Counted from the stretch's first letter, positions 18,552 to 26,968 are shown. The stretch: DNA of 50,013 nt from an uncultured archaeon (GCA_964508365.1 CAZDTP010000025.1:1-50013); one strand, 5' to 3'. The notes: generated by a model from the sequence alone, not told the origin. Made by a program: numbers and translations.

Positions 18552-19763
18552 ATGGCAAAAATTTCCAAGTTTGGAGAAGATTTTTTACTACTGGCACTCA
18601 GAATTGACAAACATATTAAAGGTTATGTCGATTTTTATTTTGGTCCGGAAAAACACCGACAAATTGTAGATAATGAACCTCTAACAGTTCCAAACAGATT
18701 GTTAAATGACTCCAACAATTTGATAAAACAATTGGGAGCTCAAGGTTTTGACAAAAAACGCGAACGGTATATCGAAAAGTTATTGGTAGCTATGAAAACC
18801 TCAATAGAAATTTTAAAAGGTTCTGATATATCTATTAAGGATCGATTTAAAAAACTTTATGATGTAGATTTACAACCCGCTAAAGAAGCTGAGTTAGATA
18901 ATTTAAAGGAAGAGTTTGAGGACGCCTACAGAGGGCATGGAAGCTTAGAAGAACGTATGAATAGATTAAGAATTAGTCGTAAAGTTCCTGAATCTAAGGT
19001 TTATAATTTCTTTAAGAAAGCACTCCAAATTACAGAAATACGGACAAAGGAATTATTCGTTGATTTATTGCCAAATAATGAAAAAATAATTATTGATATA
19101 GTAAAAAAGGATGAATCAAAAGAGAAAGTAAAATGGAGGTTCTATAATTGGTATTTGGGTAAATATGTTAGCCGGATTGAGGTTAATCCTAATTATCAAA
19201 TGTATTGGACTGTTATTTTACAATCTACATCTCATGAAACATATCCAGGACATCATACTGAGTTTGTATTAAAGGAAAAGAGACTTTATCGAGAGTTAAA
19301 CCAATTTGAGCACTCTATTTTAATTCTCCATTCGCCAAAATTAGTAATTTCAGAGGGAATTGCCAATAAAGCAATTTCTGTACTCTTTTCAAATCAAGAA
19401 GTAGCAGAAATTGGATTAAATGAATTTTGTTCAGATCCTTTAAAAGAAGTGTCTCTTGAAGAGTTGGAGCAACAAAATATAGTGAAAGCTAAAATTCCTC
19501 TTTTTTGGTATAATTTTGTATATCATGCCCTTGTTGATAAGTATAATAAGAAAGAATTAATGAGATATGGAAAAAGTTATGAATTTTTTAGCGATGAAGA
19601 TTTGATCACCGGAATAGAAAGAATGTCAAATCCCGCATATTCAAATAACTCTTTTATGTACTACCTTGGAAACAATATTTTACAAAAATACGGAGATGTA
19701 CCTTCATTAAAAGAATTTAAAAATTTACTGGTTAATCCAATTTTGCCATCTGATTTTATATAA
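18552..19763 (+). CDS. DUF885-like zincin metallopeptidase, copy 3
   Basis: SHETYPGHHTE and ISEGIAN motifs; close paralogue of 483-1691. Confidence 0.78.
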   Translation: MAKISKFGEDFLLLALRIDKHIKGYVDFYFGPEKHRQIVDNEPLTVPNRLLNDSNNLIKQLGAQGFDKKRERYIEKLLVAMKTSIEILKGSDISIKDRFKKLYDVDLQPAKEAELDNLKEEFEDAYRGHGSLEERMNRLRISRKVPESKVYNFFKKALQITEIRTKELFVDLLPNNEKIIIDIVKKDESKEKVKWRFYNWYLGKYVSRIEVNPNYQMYWTVILQSTSHETYPGHHTEFVLKEKRLYRELNQFEHSILILHSPKLVISEGIANKAISVLFSNQEVAEIGLNEFCSDPLKEVSLEELEQQNIVKAKIPLFWYNFVYHALVDKYNKKELMRYGKSYEFFSDEDLITGIERMSNPAYSNNSFMYYLGNNILQKYGDVPSLKEFKNLLVNPILPSDFI

Positions 19764-19840
19764 CAAAATTCTTGTAGCCATTTTAAATTTAGATGGATAA
19801 AATTTAATTTTCTGAAAAAAATAATTCACTAAATTTTATT

Positions 19841-19852
19841 GAAGTTTAAATA
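19841..19852 (+). promoter_or_regulatory. TATA-like box upstream of nonapeptide ORF 4
   Basis: GAAGTTTAAATA, identical to 1843-1854. Confidence 0.5.
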
Positions 19853-19952
19853 TACCATTTGGAAATGGAATATATAAGAGAAAAAAGCTATTCAGATTCA
19901 AAATTATAAGAATAGAATAAAAAAATTTAAATTCAAAAATAAGGTGAACAAA

Positions 19953-19982
19953 ATGCCTGGTCAAGCAGGAGCAGTACCTTAA
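19953..19982 (+). CDS. Nonapeptide micro-ORF 4, MPGQAGAVP
   Basis: AGGTGA (19942-19947) lies 5 nt before ATG CCT GGT CAA GCA GGA GCA GTA CCT TAA. Confidence 0.78.
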   Translation: MPGQAGAVP

Positions 19983-20033
19983 TTTGGTGCTGCTTATAAG
20001 AGCAATTTACTCTAATGCTCTTTATAAGCTCAC
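19983..20033 (+). terminator. Conserved hairpin after nonapeptide 4, followed by a U-rich tract
   Basis: GCTTATAAGAGCA...TGCTCTTTATAAGC stem within TTTGGTG...CTCAC flanks. Confidence 0.72.
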
Positions 20034-20084
20034 TATTTATTTTTCTTTCTTTTTTTACTTAATATAATTGTAGATGATAAAAAA

Positions 20085-21062
20085 TTATAAATTTTTTCTT
20101 CTTTCTTCTTTAAAATTAATAGTTTTTTTACTGTTAATTTTTAACTCAAATGTCTTTATAAAAGGCTTATATGTATTAAAAATTTCAAAGACTTCCTTTT
20201 CTTTTCCTTTTTTGCAAAAAGTGTACACTGAACGGCCTAATTGATTCATACTTGCTCCTATAATATCCAATTTGCGTAAATCATTTAATAAATCCTTTGT
20301 TTTTTCTAAATTTAAAATTTCCATTATGTGTGTGTTTTCTACAAATTGGAAAGAAACGTTAACAAAATTTTTGTAATTGGGCTCTAATAATAGTTTGTTC
20401 AAAGCAATCTTGCCAGCTCGCTTTATATTTGAACTTAAAATTTCGTCTGATAAGATCGATTTAGTTTGTATCGTTCCAAAAGATCCACAAATAACTAAAA
20501 GATCGTTAGGACTTTTTAAACGCTCGAAGGTACATGGATAACCAGGTTCCTTTAAAACGCACAAACCTCCCCCTAATTGTCCACAAACAGTCCCTAATCC
20601 CGTTCTATTAACAACTTCAGCAATGTGAGCTATCCTTCCACTTTCAGAATTACTCAAGTTTAAGTTCAATAGTTTATTCAATCCAAAAATCGTTCCTAGT
20701 GCTCCTGAACCGCTTGCACCGTACCCACAACCAACAGGTAAATCAAAAACATGTTGAATTTTTAGATTAATAGGGAAATCTATCAGTTTTTTAACATATT
20801 CGTAAATATAATATGTAGTTTCTGCTTTTTTATCCAATTTCTCTTCATTAATATAAATCAAGCAGCTACTTTTTTCCCCTTTTTCGAGTTTTTTATATGA
20901 AATAATTGTCTCCCCTACCCCACTTACGTTAAATCCGGCTCCTCGAGACCCAATATTTTCCGGATCTTTAATAGGGTTTCCATTTTCTTTATCTACAATT
21001 TCAAAAAACCCCGAAATGCGGTGAGGAACTTCAACAATAATTTTATTTGTATTACTAACCAT
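20085..21062 (-). CDS. poK: Pantoate kinase (GHMP family, archaeal CoA pathway)
   Basis: VPHRISGFF, GSRGAG, LPVGCGYGASG, AHIAEV..RTGLGTV, ASMNQLG. Confidence 0.88.
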   Translation of the reverse strand: MVSNTNKIIVEVPHRISGFFEIVDKENGNPIKDPENIGSRGAGFNVSGVGETIISYKKLEKGEKSSCLIYINEEKLDKKAETTYYIYEYVKKLIDFPINLKIQHVFDLPVGCGYGASGSGALGTIFGLNKLLNLNLSNSESGRIAHIAEVVNRTGLGTVCGQLGGGLCVLKEPGYPCTFERLKSPNDLLVICGSFGTIQTKSILSDEILSSNIKRAGKIALNKLLLEPNYKNFVNVSFQFVENTHIMEILNLEKTKDLLNDLRKLDIIGASMNQLGRSVYTFCKKGKEKEVFEIFNTYKPFIKTFELKINSKKTINFKEERRKNL

Positions 21063-21135
21063 ATCCCGTAAATATTTACATTTTTCAATTTTAATACATA
21101 TATACTTAAAAAATAAAAATCAATTATAGTTTATT

Positions 21136-21843
21136 ATGACCCAGAATATTGTGATTAAATTCGGCGGTTCCCTCTTATTTTCTGATGATAGAATGTTGAA
21201 CTATAGAAGAATTTCAGAATTTTGCAAAATTATTAAAAATAGTAAAGATTATTATCGAATTGTTGTAGTATGTGGAGGAGGAACTACTGCAAGACAATAT
21301 ATTAACGCAATGAGAGAATTTACCCATAACGAAATACTATGTGATATAATAGGAATCGATATATCGCGTATAAACTCCCGATTAATGATAGCTAACATGA
21401 AAGAGTTTGCTTCTCCTCAGGTTCCAAAATCTTTCGAAGAACTAGCAATTACTCTTAGTTCACATAAAATTGTAGTAATGGGAGGATTACAACCGGGACA
21501 ATCAACAACTTCTGTAGCTATTCAAGTAGCAGAATTTTTAAAAGCAGTGCGCTTAGTAATCCTCACTGATGTTGATGGCATTTACGATAAAGATCCAAAA
21601 GTATTTGATGACGCAAAATTATTGAGAGAACTTAATTACGATTCCCTTCAAAAAATGATTTTAGAAAGGTCCGAAGATACTCAAGCTGCGGCTGGAGAAT
21701 ATAGGATTTTTGACGCAGTTTCTTTGCAGATATTAAAAAGAAGTAATGTCGTTGTATCGGTAATTTCGGGCTTGAAGCTAGATCAGTTTAAAAAATTATG
21801 GAATAACGAAAAAGTGAATATAGGCACAACAATCACGAAATAA
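21136..21843 (+). CDS. pyrH: Uridylate kinase
   Basis: VIKFGGS, VVCGGG..ARQYI, MGGLQPGQSTT, TDVDGIYDKDP. Confidence 0.93.
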   Translation: MTQNIVIKFGGSLLFSDDRMLNYRRISEFCKIIKNSKDYYRIVVVCGGGTTARQYINAMREFTHNEILCDIIGIDISRINSRLMIANMKEFASPQVPKSFEELAITLSSHKIVVMGGLQPGQSTTSVAIQVAEFLKAVRLVILTDVDGIYDKDPKVFDDAKLLRELNYDSLQKMILERSEDTQAAAGEYRIFDAVSLQILKRSNVVVSVISGLKLDQFKKLWNNEKVNIGTTITK

Positions 21844-21909
21844 CTTTTTTTATAATAAAATATTAAAATTTAGCACCTTTTTCTAACATAGTAATTAAAA
21901 ACTTAACAC

Positions 21910-22155
21910 TTGAGTAAAAAGAGAATGTCTCAATCTACTTGGAAAGATCAGATTAAAAAGAAATGGGGACCTCATAGCCATTGTCCTATTTGCGGAAAAG
22001 CAATGCCAACAGATAAGCAATTTTGTAGCCAAAGTTGTCGAGATAATTATCACACCAGTCAAAAAAAGCAGAAAAAGAAAAGCAGAGTTCAAATGATATT
22101 CATGTTTGGTATGATGGCGGTTGTTTTCGTATTCATGTTTATTTTCACAGGGTAA
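21910..22155 (+). CDS. DUF2116-like Zn-ribbon membrane protein
   Basis: PHSHCPICGKAMP....FCSQSC plus a C-terminal TM helix. Confidence 0.82.
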   Translation: MSKKRMSQSTWKDQIKKKWGPHSHCPICGKAMPTDKQFCSQSCRDNYHTSQKKQKKKSRVQMIFMFGMMAVVFVFMFIFTG

Positions 22156-22232
22156 AAATCAAGCAAAATTGTGCATCCATCTTCTATTTAACAATGACTT
22201 GATAACAATTCGATAAATAGCTCCTTAGAGTA

Positions 22233-22355
22233 GCAGGGATAGCCAAGCGGTCAACGGCGGTGGACACAATCGAGAACACATAATAATGTAGTTCTTGAGC
22301 CACACTCAAGATCCATTGACATAGGTCTACAGGGGTTCAAATCCCCTTCCCTGCA
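22233..22355 (+). tRNA. tRNA-Leu(CAA) with a 40-nt intron at 32/33 (22266-22305)
   Basis: BHB helix GTGG/CCAC, bulges ACA and ACT; spliced anticodon arm GTGGA-CTCAAGA-TCCAT; acceptor GCAGGGA/TCCCTGC. Confidence 0.93.
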
Positions 22356-22410
22356 TTTTTAATATTTACACGAAGAATAGAAACCCGTAAGGTTATTTCT
22401 AAAATATTCA

Positions 22411-22779
22411 TTACTTCATATCTTTCTGAGAAATTTCAGTTAATGTTTCTTTCAGTAATTCCATTAAAGGTTTGGTAACCTCTTGATCTTCTTTGATGTG
22501 TTTTAAAAAAAGTAGCAACAATACGGGCTCTTTGAGGTAGGAAGAAATCTTTTCGACGATAATCTTACCTAAAATATTACTTTGAACTCCAAATATTTGG
22601 TGAGACGCGGAAGTAGTTTTCATTTTCTCAATTATAGAAGGGATTCCTAATGTTACAGTTCCGATACCCATACCTTCTTCATCGGAAATAAGTACGAGAT
22701 AACTTTTCACTAATTTAAAAATAGAAATATATAAAAAAATGCTATCAAATTGCTTCCGTTTTTCAATAATTGGTTTCAT
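22411..22779 (-). CDS. Hypothetical protein, possibly proteasome assembly chaperone 4 (PAC4/PSMG4)-like
   Basis: Pattern YLVLIS..GIGTVTLGIP...SHQIFG..S..LGKIIVEKIS...PVLL resembles PAC4; judged by eye only. Confidence 0.45.
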   Translation of the reverse strand: MKPIIEKRKQFDSIFLYISIFKLVKSYLVLISDEEGMGIGTVTLGIPSIIEKMKTTSASHQIFGVQSNILGKIIVEKISSYLKEPVLLLLFLKHIKEDQEVTKPLMELLKETLTEISQKDMK

Positions 22780-22813
22780 TTTAAAATATTACCTTAATCG
22801 TAAAAATAGTGTT

Positions 22814-23617
22814 TTAAATCCTAATTTCTTTCATAGCTTCACTTACTTCGTAATTTCTATGAACAACTAAATATAGTGCTTTAACAACTTTTGTAGGATC
22901 TTCTGCTTGAAACACATTCCTTCCATACGCCACGCCTGCTCCGCCAACTTCTATGGATTGTTTAGTTACTTCTAAAAGTTCTCTCACACTTGCCTTTACG
23001 CCTCCAGCGATAATAACTGGTGCCATACAACCTGCAACAACTTCTTTAAAGGAATCAGGGTCTCCTGTCCAATTTGTTTTTACTATGTCTGCTCCGAGTT
23101 CCGCAGCAACTCTTGCGGCGATTTTAACAACTTGAACATCGTACTCATTATCAATATTTTCTCCACGAGGATACATCATTGCTAAAAGTGGCATCCCAAA
23201 TTCTCTACATTCGCGTGAAACATTTCCCAAGATTTCTAACATTTCTGGATCAGTTTTAGTTCCAATGTTAATATGTAAAGATACACCATCAGCACCTAGC
23301 TTTACGGCTTCTAATACATTATTTACTAAGACTTTGTAATTTAATTCTGGGCTTAATGATGTGGATCCCGATAAATGTAATATCAATCCGATATCCGGAC
23401 CATATCCCCTATGACCATAAAGTGGAATCCCAACATGTCCTAAAACCGCATTAGCGCCACCTAAGGCAATTTTGTTAACCATTTCACCTAAATTTCTTTC
23501 TATTCCTTTAATAGGACCTAATGTTAATCCATGATCCATAGGAACTATAATTGTTCTTTTTGTTTCTCTATTAAATATTCGTTCTAACCTAATATTTTTA
23601 CCAATGTAACCAGAAAT
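22814..23617 (-). CDS. Class I aldolase (DhnA/FbaB / ADH synthase AroA' family); proposed ATT start at 23617
   Basis: IGKNIRLERIFNRETKRTIIVPMDHG N-terminus continues upstream of the ORF-track start at 23539; AMMYPRG, ELGADIVKT, IAGG, AYGRNVFQ. Confidence 0.9.
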   Translation of the reverse strand: MSGYIGKNIRLERIFNRETKRTIIVPMDHGLTLGPIKGIERNLGEMVNKIALGGANAVLGHVGIPLYGHRGYGPDIGLILHLSGSTSLSPELNYKVLVNNVLEAVKLGADGVSLHINIGTKTDPEMLEILGNVSRECREFGMPLLAMMYPRGENIDNEYDVQVVKIAARVAAELGADIVKTNWTGDPDSFKEVVAGCMAPVIIAGGVKASVRELLEVTKQSIEVGGAGVAYGRNVFQAEDPTKVVKALYLVVHRNYEVSEAMKEIRI

Positions 23618-23731
23618 AGTTTAATCACCTATAAATTCAATGATTTTATAATTAAATTTAACTTTAGAATATATATTATAATTGTTAGCATTTTTTTAAT
23701 TCTTTTAAATCAAATTAGTTATTAATATTGA

Positions 23732-23956
23732 ATGTTAGAATCTGAGGAAAATTATTCGATTAGAGAAAATAATGGAAATACTACCTGCTATTATTGCGGT
23801 AATAAAATTTCTTATGTCAATCATAAATATTGCGATAATTGTAATACTATATTAAATCCAAACGATTTAAAGTGGAAAAACAGTTTTATTTATTTTATCA
23901 GCTTACTATGTTTAATTCCTATCCTAATAGCGATTTTTTCTAGTTGGTTGTCTTAA
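23732..23956 (+). CDS. Small Zn-ribbon membrane protein
   Basis: CYYC...CDNC plus a C-terminal TM helix. Confidence 0.65.
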   Translation: MLESEENYSIRENNGNTTCYYCGNKISYVNHKYCDNCNTILNPNDLKWKNSFIYFISLLCLIPILIAIFSSWLS

Positions 23957-24055
23957 CTCTAAAAAATCTTGTTAAAACATATTTAATTATAGCTAAAGAT
24001 TGTAACTCAACCATTTAATAATTAGGGTTTAAATTAGAAATCAAGATAAATAAAA

Positions 24056-24562
24056 TTATTCAGGAGAAAAAACTACATCAGAAATCCGTTGTCTACGGAT
24101 GTCAAAATCATGATCAAGATGAAGTGTAATACAATGTTGATCCTTCATGTGAGAATTACTATGAACATAGCTTATTGGAACGACAGGTAAGTCAGATTTT
24201 ATAACATAATTTTTAGGGATAGGTACTGGAATTATTTCCCTGCATCGTTCACAATTTACTAAAACAACTTTAATATTATCAGATTCTAACTTTTTCAATT
24301 TTTGCAAAAGATCAGCAGATAACCCAGGAGAATTAATTGTTAGCTTATTCTTCTTTTTTGGCGATTCTGGAACTAATGGGATTTCTAATTCAACATCCTC
24401 TACAATTGAGGTATCTAAATTCGATTTGTCAATATTTTTCTTTTCTTTAGCTAAAGGTTTCTTCTGGTTTTTATTTTTTTCTCTGGAAAATTTAGGATTT
24501 GATTTATGAGGTGATTTTTTGATGATTGTAGGTTTTTTATTGTCTTTCCTTGGATTTTCCAA
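24056..24562 (-). CDS. Hypothetical protein with Lys-rich N-terminus and CxxC
   Basis: 168-aa ORF; CERC, HSN..HCITLHLD. Confidence 0.65.
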   Translation of the reverse strand: MENPRKDNKKPTIIKKSPHKSNPKFSREKNKNQKKPLAKEKKNIDKSNLDTSIVEDVELEIPLVPESPKKKNKLTINSPGLSADLLQKLKKLESDNIKVVLVNCERCREIIPVPIPKNYVIKSDLPVVPISYVHSNSHMKDQHCITLHLDHDFDIRRQRISDVVFSPE

Positions 24563-24646
24563 TTATATCACTATATTTAATACTCAAACTCTATAATAAT
24601 ATTAATCATAAATCTTATATATCTTTGTACATAAGCTCGTGAGAAC

Positions 24647-25255
24647 CTAAACTCCAAAAATCTGCCTTAACTCTGAATATATTTTTGAAAGCTCTGATAT
24701 GATAGATGTGTTGTTTTGCTGAAGATAATAATTTATATATCCCGAAAGCCCCTCACTATCTTTAATCCATTCTAAAAACGACTGAACCTCTCCCTTCAGT
24801 TGAGGATCTATGTTAGCTCCAATACTTGGCTGAAGTTTGTCACCAACAGCGCCTAATTGGGAATTTGGATCTATGTAAATGTGTTTTGAGCTTAATTCTG
24901 AAACCGCTCTAGCTGTGTCCATTGTAGCTCCCATTGGTTCCCCATCGGGTTCGAGATAAATAAGTATTTTATGTTCTTCATCTTTCGACCCTATAATGTG
25001 TCCTTCACCTCGAATTGAAGTAGCAACTAGTCTTTCTGACGTACACTGAAGAACTGAATATTTCACGCCTGAAACCATTATGAATTGTGCGTTCATACTA
25101 TTCCAGCTAGAAATTACTTTACCAACATCAGAACGAATATCCCAATTGTCTGTGGAGTAAAGAATATTATCTCCTCCTTGAACTACAGCAGCAGCAATAA
25201 TACTTGGATCTTTTTGTATTAAATTGAAAATAACGGTAGCTGGATCAGTTGGCAT
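24647..25255 (-). CDS. Asgard (Loki-type) profilin with a C-terminal extension of about 80 aa
   Basis: IIAAAVV...ILYSTDNWD, W...FIMVSGVKYSVLQCTSERLVATSIRGEGHIIG pattern of lokiprofilins. Confidence 0.8.
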   Translation of the reverse strand: MPTDPATVIFNLIQKDPSIIAAAVVQGGDNILYSTDNWDIRSDVGKVISSWNSMNAQFIMVSGVKYSVLQCTSERLVATSIRGEGHIIGSKDEEHKILIYLEPDGEPMGATMDTARAVSELSSKHIYIDPNSQLGAVGDKLQPSIGANIDPQLKGEVQSFLEWIKDSEGLSGYINYYLQQNNTSIISELSKIYSELRQIFGV

Positions 25256-25359
25256 TTTTTTCTCCAATTTTTTAGATTAAAATATCGTATACAGAATTAA
25301 TAATAATAATAGTATAAATATAATTATAAAATTTGTATTAAAAATTTGTGGTTAATAGT

Positions 25360-25830
25360 CTATTCATCTTTTGATGTCTTAATATTGATTCTTCCAAACT
25401 TAGGTTTATGTTGAGCTGTACTAGGGTTAGTGTATGAATTGTTTATAGAACTATTTATGTTCTGGAATGTCAGTTTATTACCAGAAAACATTTTATGCTC
25501 TAAGTCAATTTTCCTTTGTGTATTAAAGTGATCTTTTAAGGAACCCTGATCTCTAAACATTTTTCCACACACAGCACAGTTATAATATGGTTCTCCTAAT
25601 AGACCCGTAGGTGTTTTAACAATAATTGGAAAACTTTTTTTTCCCCCCAATAATCCATGAGCTTTCCGACAATTATGCCTTACTAATTTTCCATACGGGG
25701 GGTATTCAAAAAAAAGTTTACTTCCATGAGTACATTCCCAGTATAAAACATCAGCACCGCACTTTTTACAAATTGTTTGAAAAGATCGAAGATAACAGTG
25801 CTTTCCGTGGCTTTTATAAAAATGTCGCAT
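25360..25830 (-). CDS. Zinc-finger hypothetical protein
   Basis: CKKC...CTHG and a C2H2-like CAVC...H...H. Confidence 0.65.
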   Translation of the reverse strand: MRHFYKSHGKHCYLRSFQTICKKCGADVLYWECTHGSKLFFEYPPYGKLVRHNCRKAHGLLGGKKSFPIIVKTPTGLLGEPYYNCAVCGKMFRDQGSLKDHFNTQRKIDLEHKMFSGNKLTFQNINSSINNSYTNPSTAQHKPKFGRINIKTSKDE

Positions 25831-25998
25831 TATATAATTAGAAATTTCTATCTTATTAAAAATTTTTGGTGAAATGACTTAAGCTAAATTTTTTAAAGAG
25901 GATTTTTATTAACTGATAAATCCATAAAACGCAAACATTTAAATGTATGATTTTAATTATAGGAATTAAGGAATTGAACTTAATATGGGTATAAGTAA

Positions 25999-26928
25999 TT
26001 GGATCTTTCAATGCCTCAAAATAATTTAAATTTATGCCCAGAATGTGGGAATATAGATCTAATTTCTGATAACGCAAGGGGCGAAGTAGTCTGCAATGTA
26101 TGTGGTTTAGTTTTAAGCCAAAATATTATTGATTCTGGTCCAGAATGGAGAGCTTTTTCCTCAGAAGAAGCAAATAAAAAAGTCAGAGTAGGAGCACCAA
26201 CAACATTGACGCTTCATGATAAAGGACTAAGTACTATGATAGGTTGGAAAAATAAAGACGCTTTTGGTAAGAGCATAAGCCCTAAAATGAAAGCCGAAGT
26301 CTATCGATTGAGAAAATGGCATGTTCGCACGAGAACTAACAAATCAATAGATAGGAATTTAGCTTACGCAATGAACGAGTTAGATCGATTTTCATCGCAA
26401 TTGAACGTGTCAAAAGAACTAAAAGAATCTGCAGCTCACATTTATAGAAAAATGGCCCATAAGAACCTTATACGTGGAAGGTCAATTGAAGCAATGTTGA
26501 TAGCATCTATTTATTTATCATGCAGATTAAATAATATTCCTAAAACTCTAGATGATTTTATCGAGTTTGCTTTAGTTGATAAAAAGAAAATAGCTCGATG
26601 TTATAGGCTAATTTTAACTGAATTGAAGGTAAATATTCAAGTTTCTTCACCGATTAATTTTATTCCTCGCTTTTGCGCCGAATTAAAACTTTCAGGTAGA
26701 ACTCAAAACCGAGCTGCGGAATTATTAAAATTAGCTAAAAAATATCATTTAACTGCTGGAAAAGCACCAACAGGTCTGGCTGGGGCTGCGTTATATGTAG
26801 CAGCAATACAAGAAGGAGAAAGGAGGACTCAGAAAGAAATTTCACTAGCTGCTGGTGTTACCGAAGCTACTATTAGGAACAGGTATAAGGAAATAATAAA
26901 TCACTTAAGATTTGATTTAAAACCCTAA
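25999..26928 (+). CDS. tfb: Transcription initiation factor B (TFB)
   Basis: Zn ribbon CPECG...CNVCG, IDSGPEWRAF, HDKGLST, cyclin repeats, GVTEATIRNRYKE. Confidence 0.97.
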   Translation: MDLSMPQNNLNLCPECGNIDLISDNARGEVVCNVCGLVLSQNIIDSGPEWRAFSSEEANKKVRVGAPTTLTLHDKGLSTMIGWKNKDAFGKSISPKMKAEVYRLRKWHVRTRTNKSIDRNLAYAMNELDRFSSQLNVSKELKESAAHIYRKMAHKNLIRGRSIEAMLIASIYLSCRLNNIPKTLDDFIEFALVDKKKIARCYRLILTELKVNIQVSSPINFIPRFCAELKLSGRTQNRAAELLKLAKKYHLTAGKAPTGLAGAALYVAAIQEGERRTQKEISLAAGVTEATIRNRYKEIINHLRFDLKP

Positions 26929-26968
26929 AGAGCATTGAAAATGAAATACCACTAAAATTTGTGAAGAA

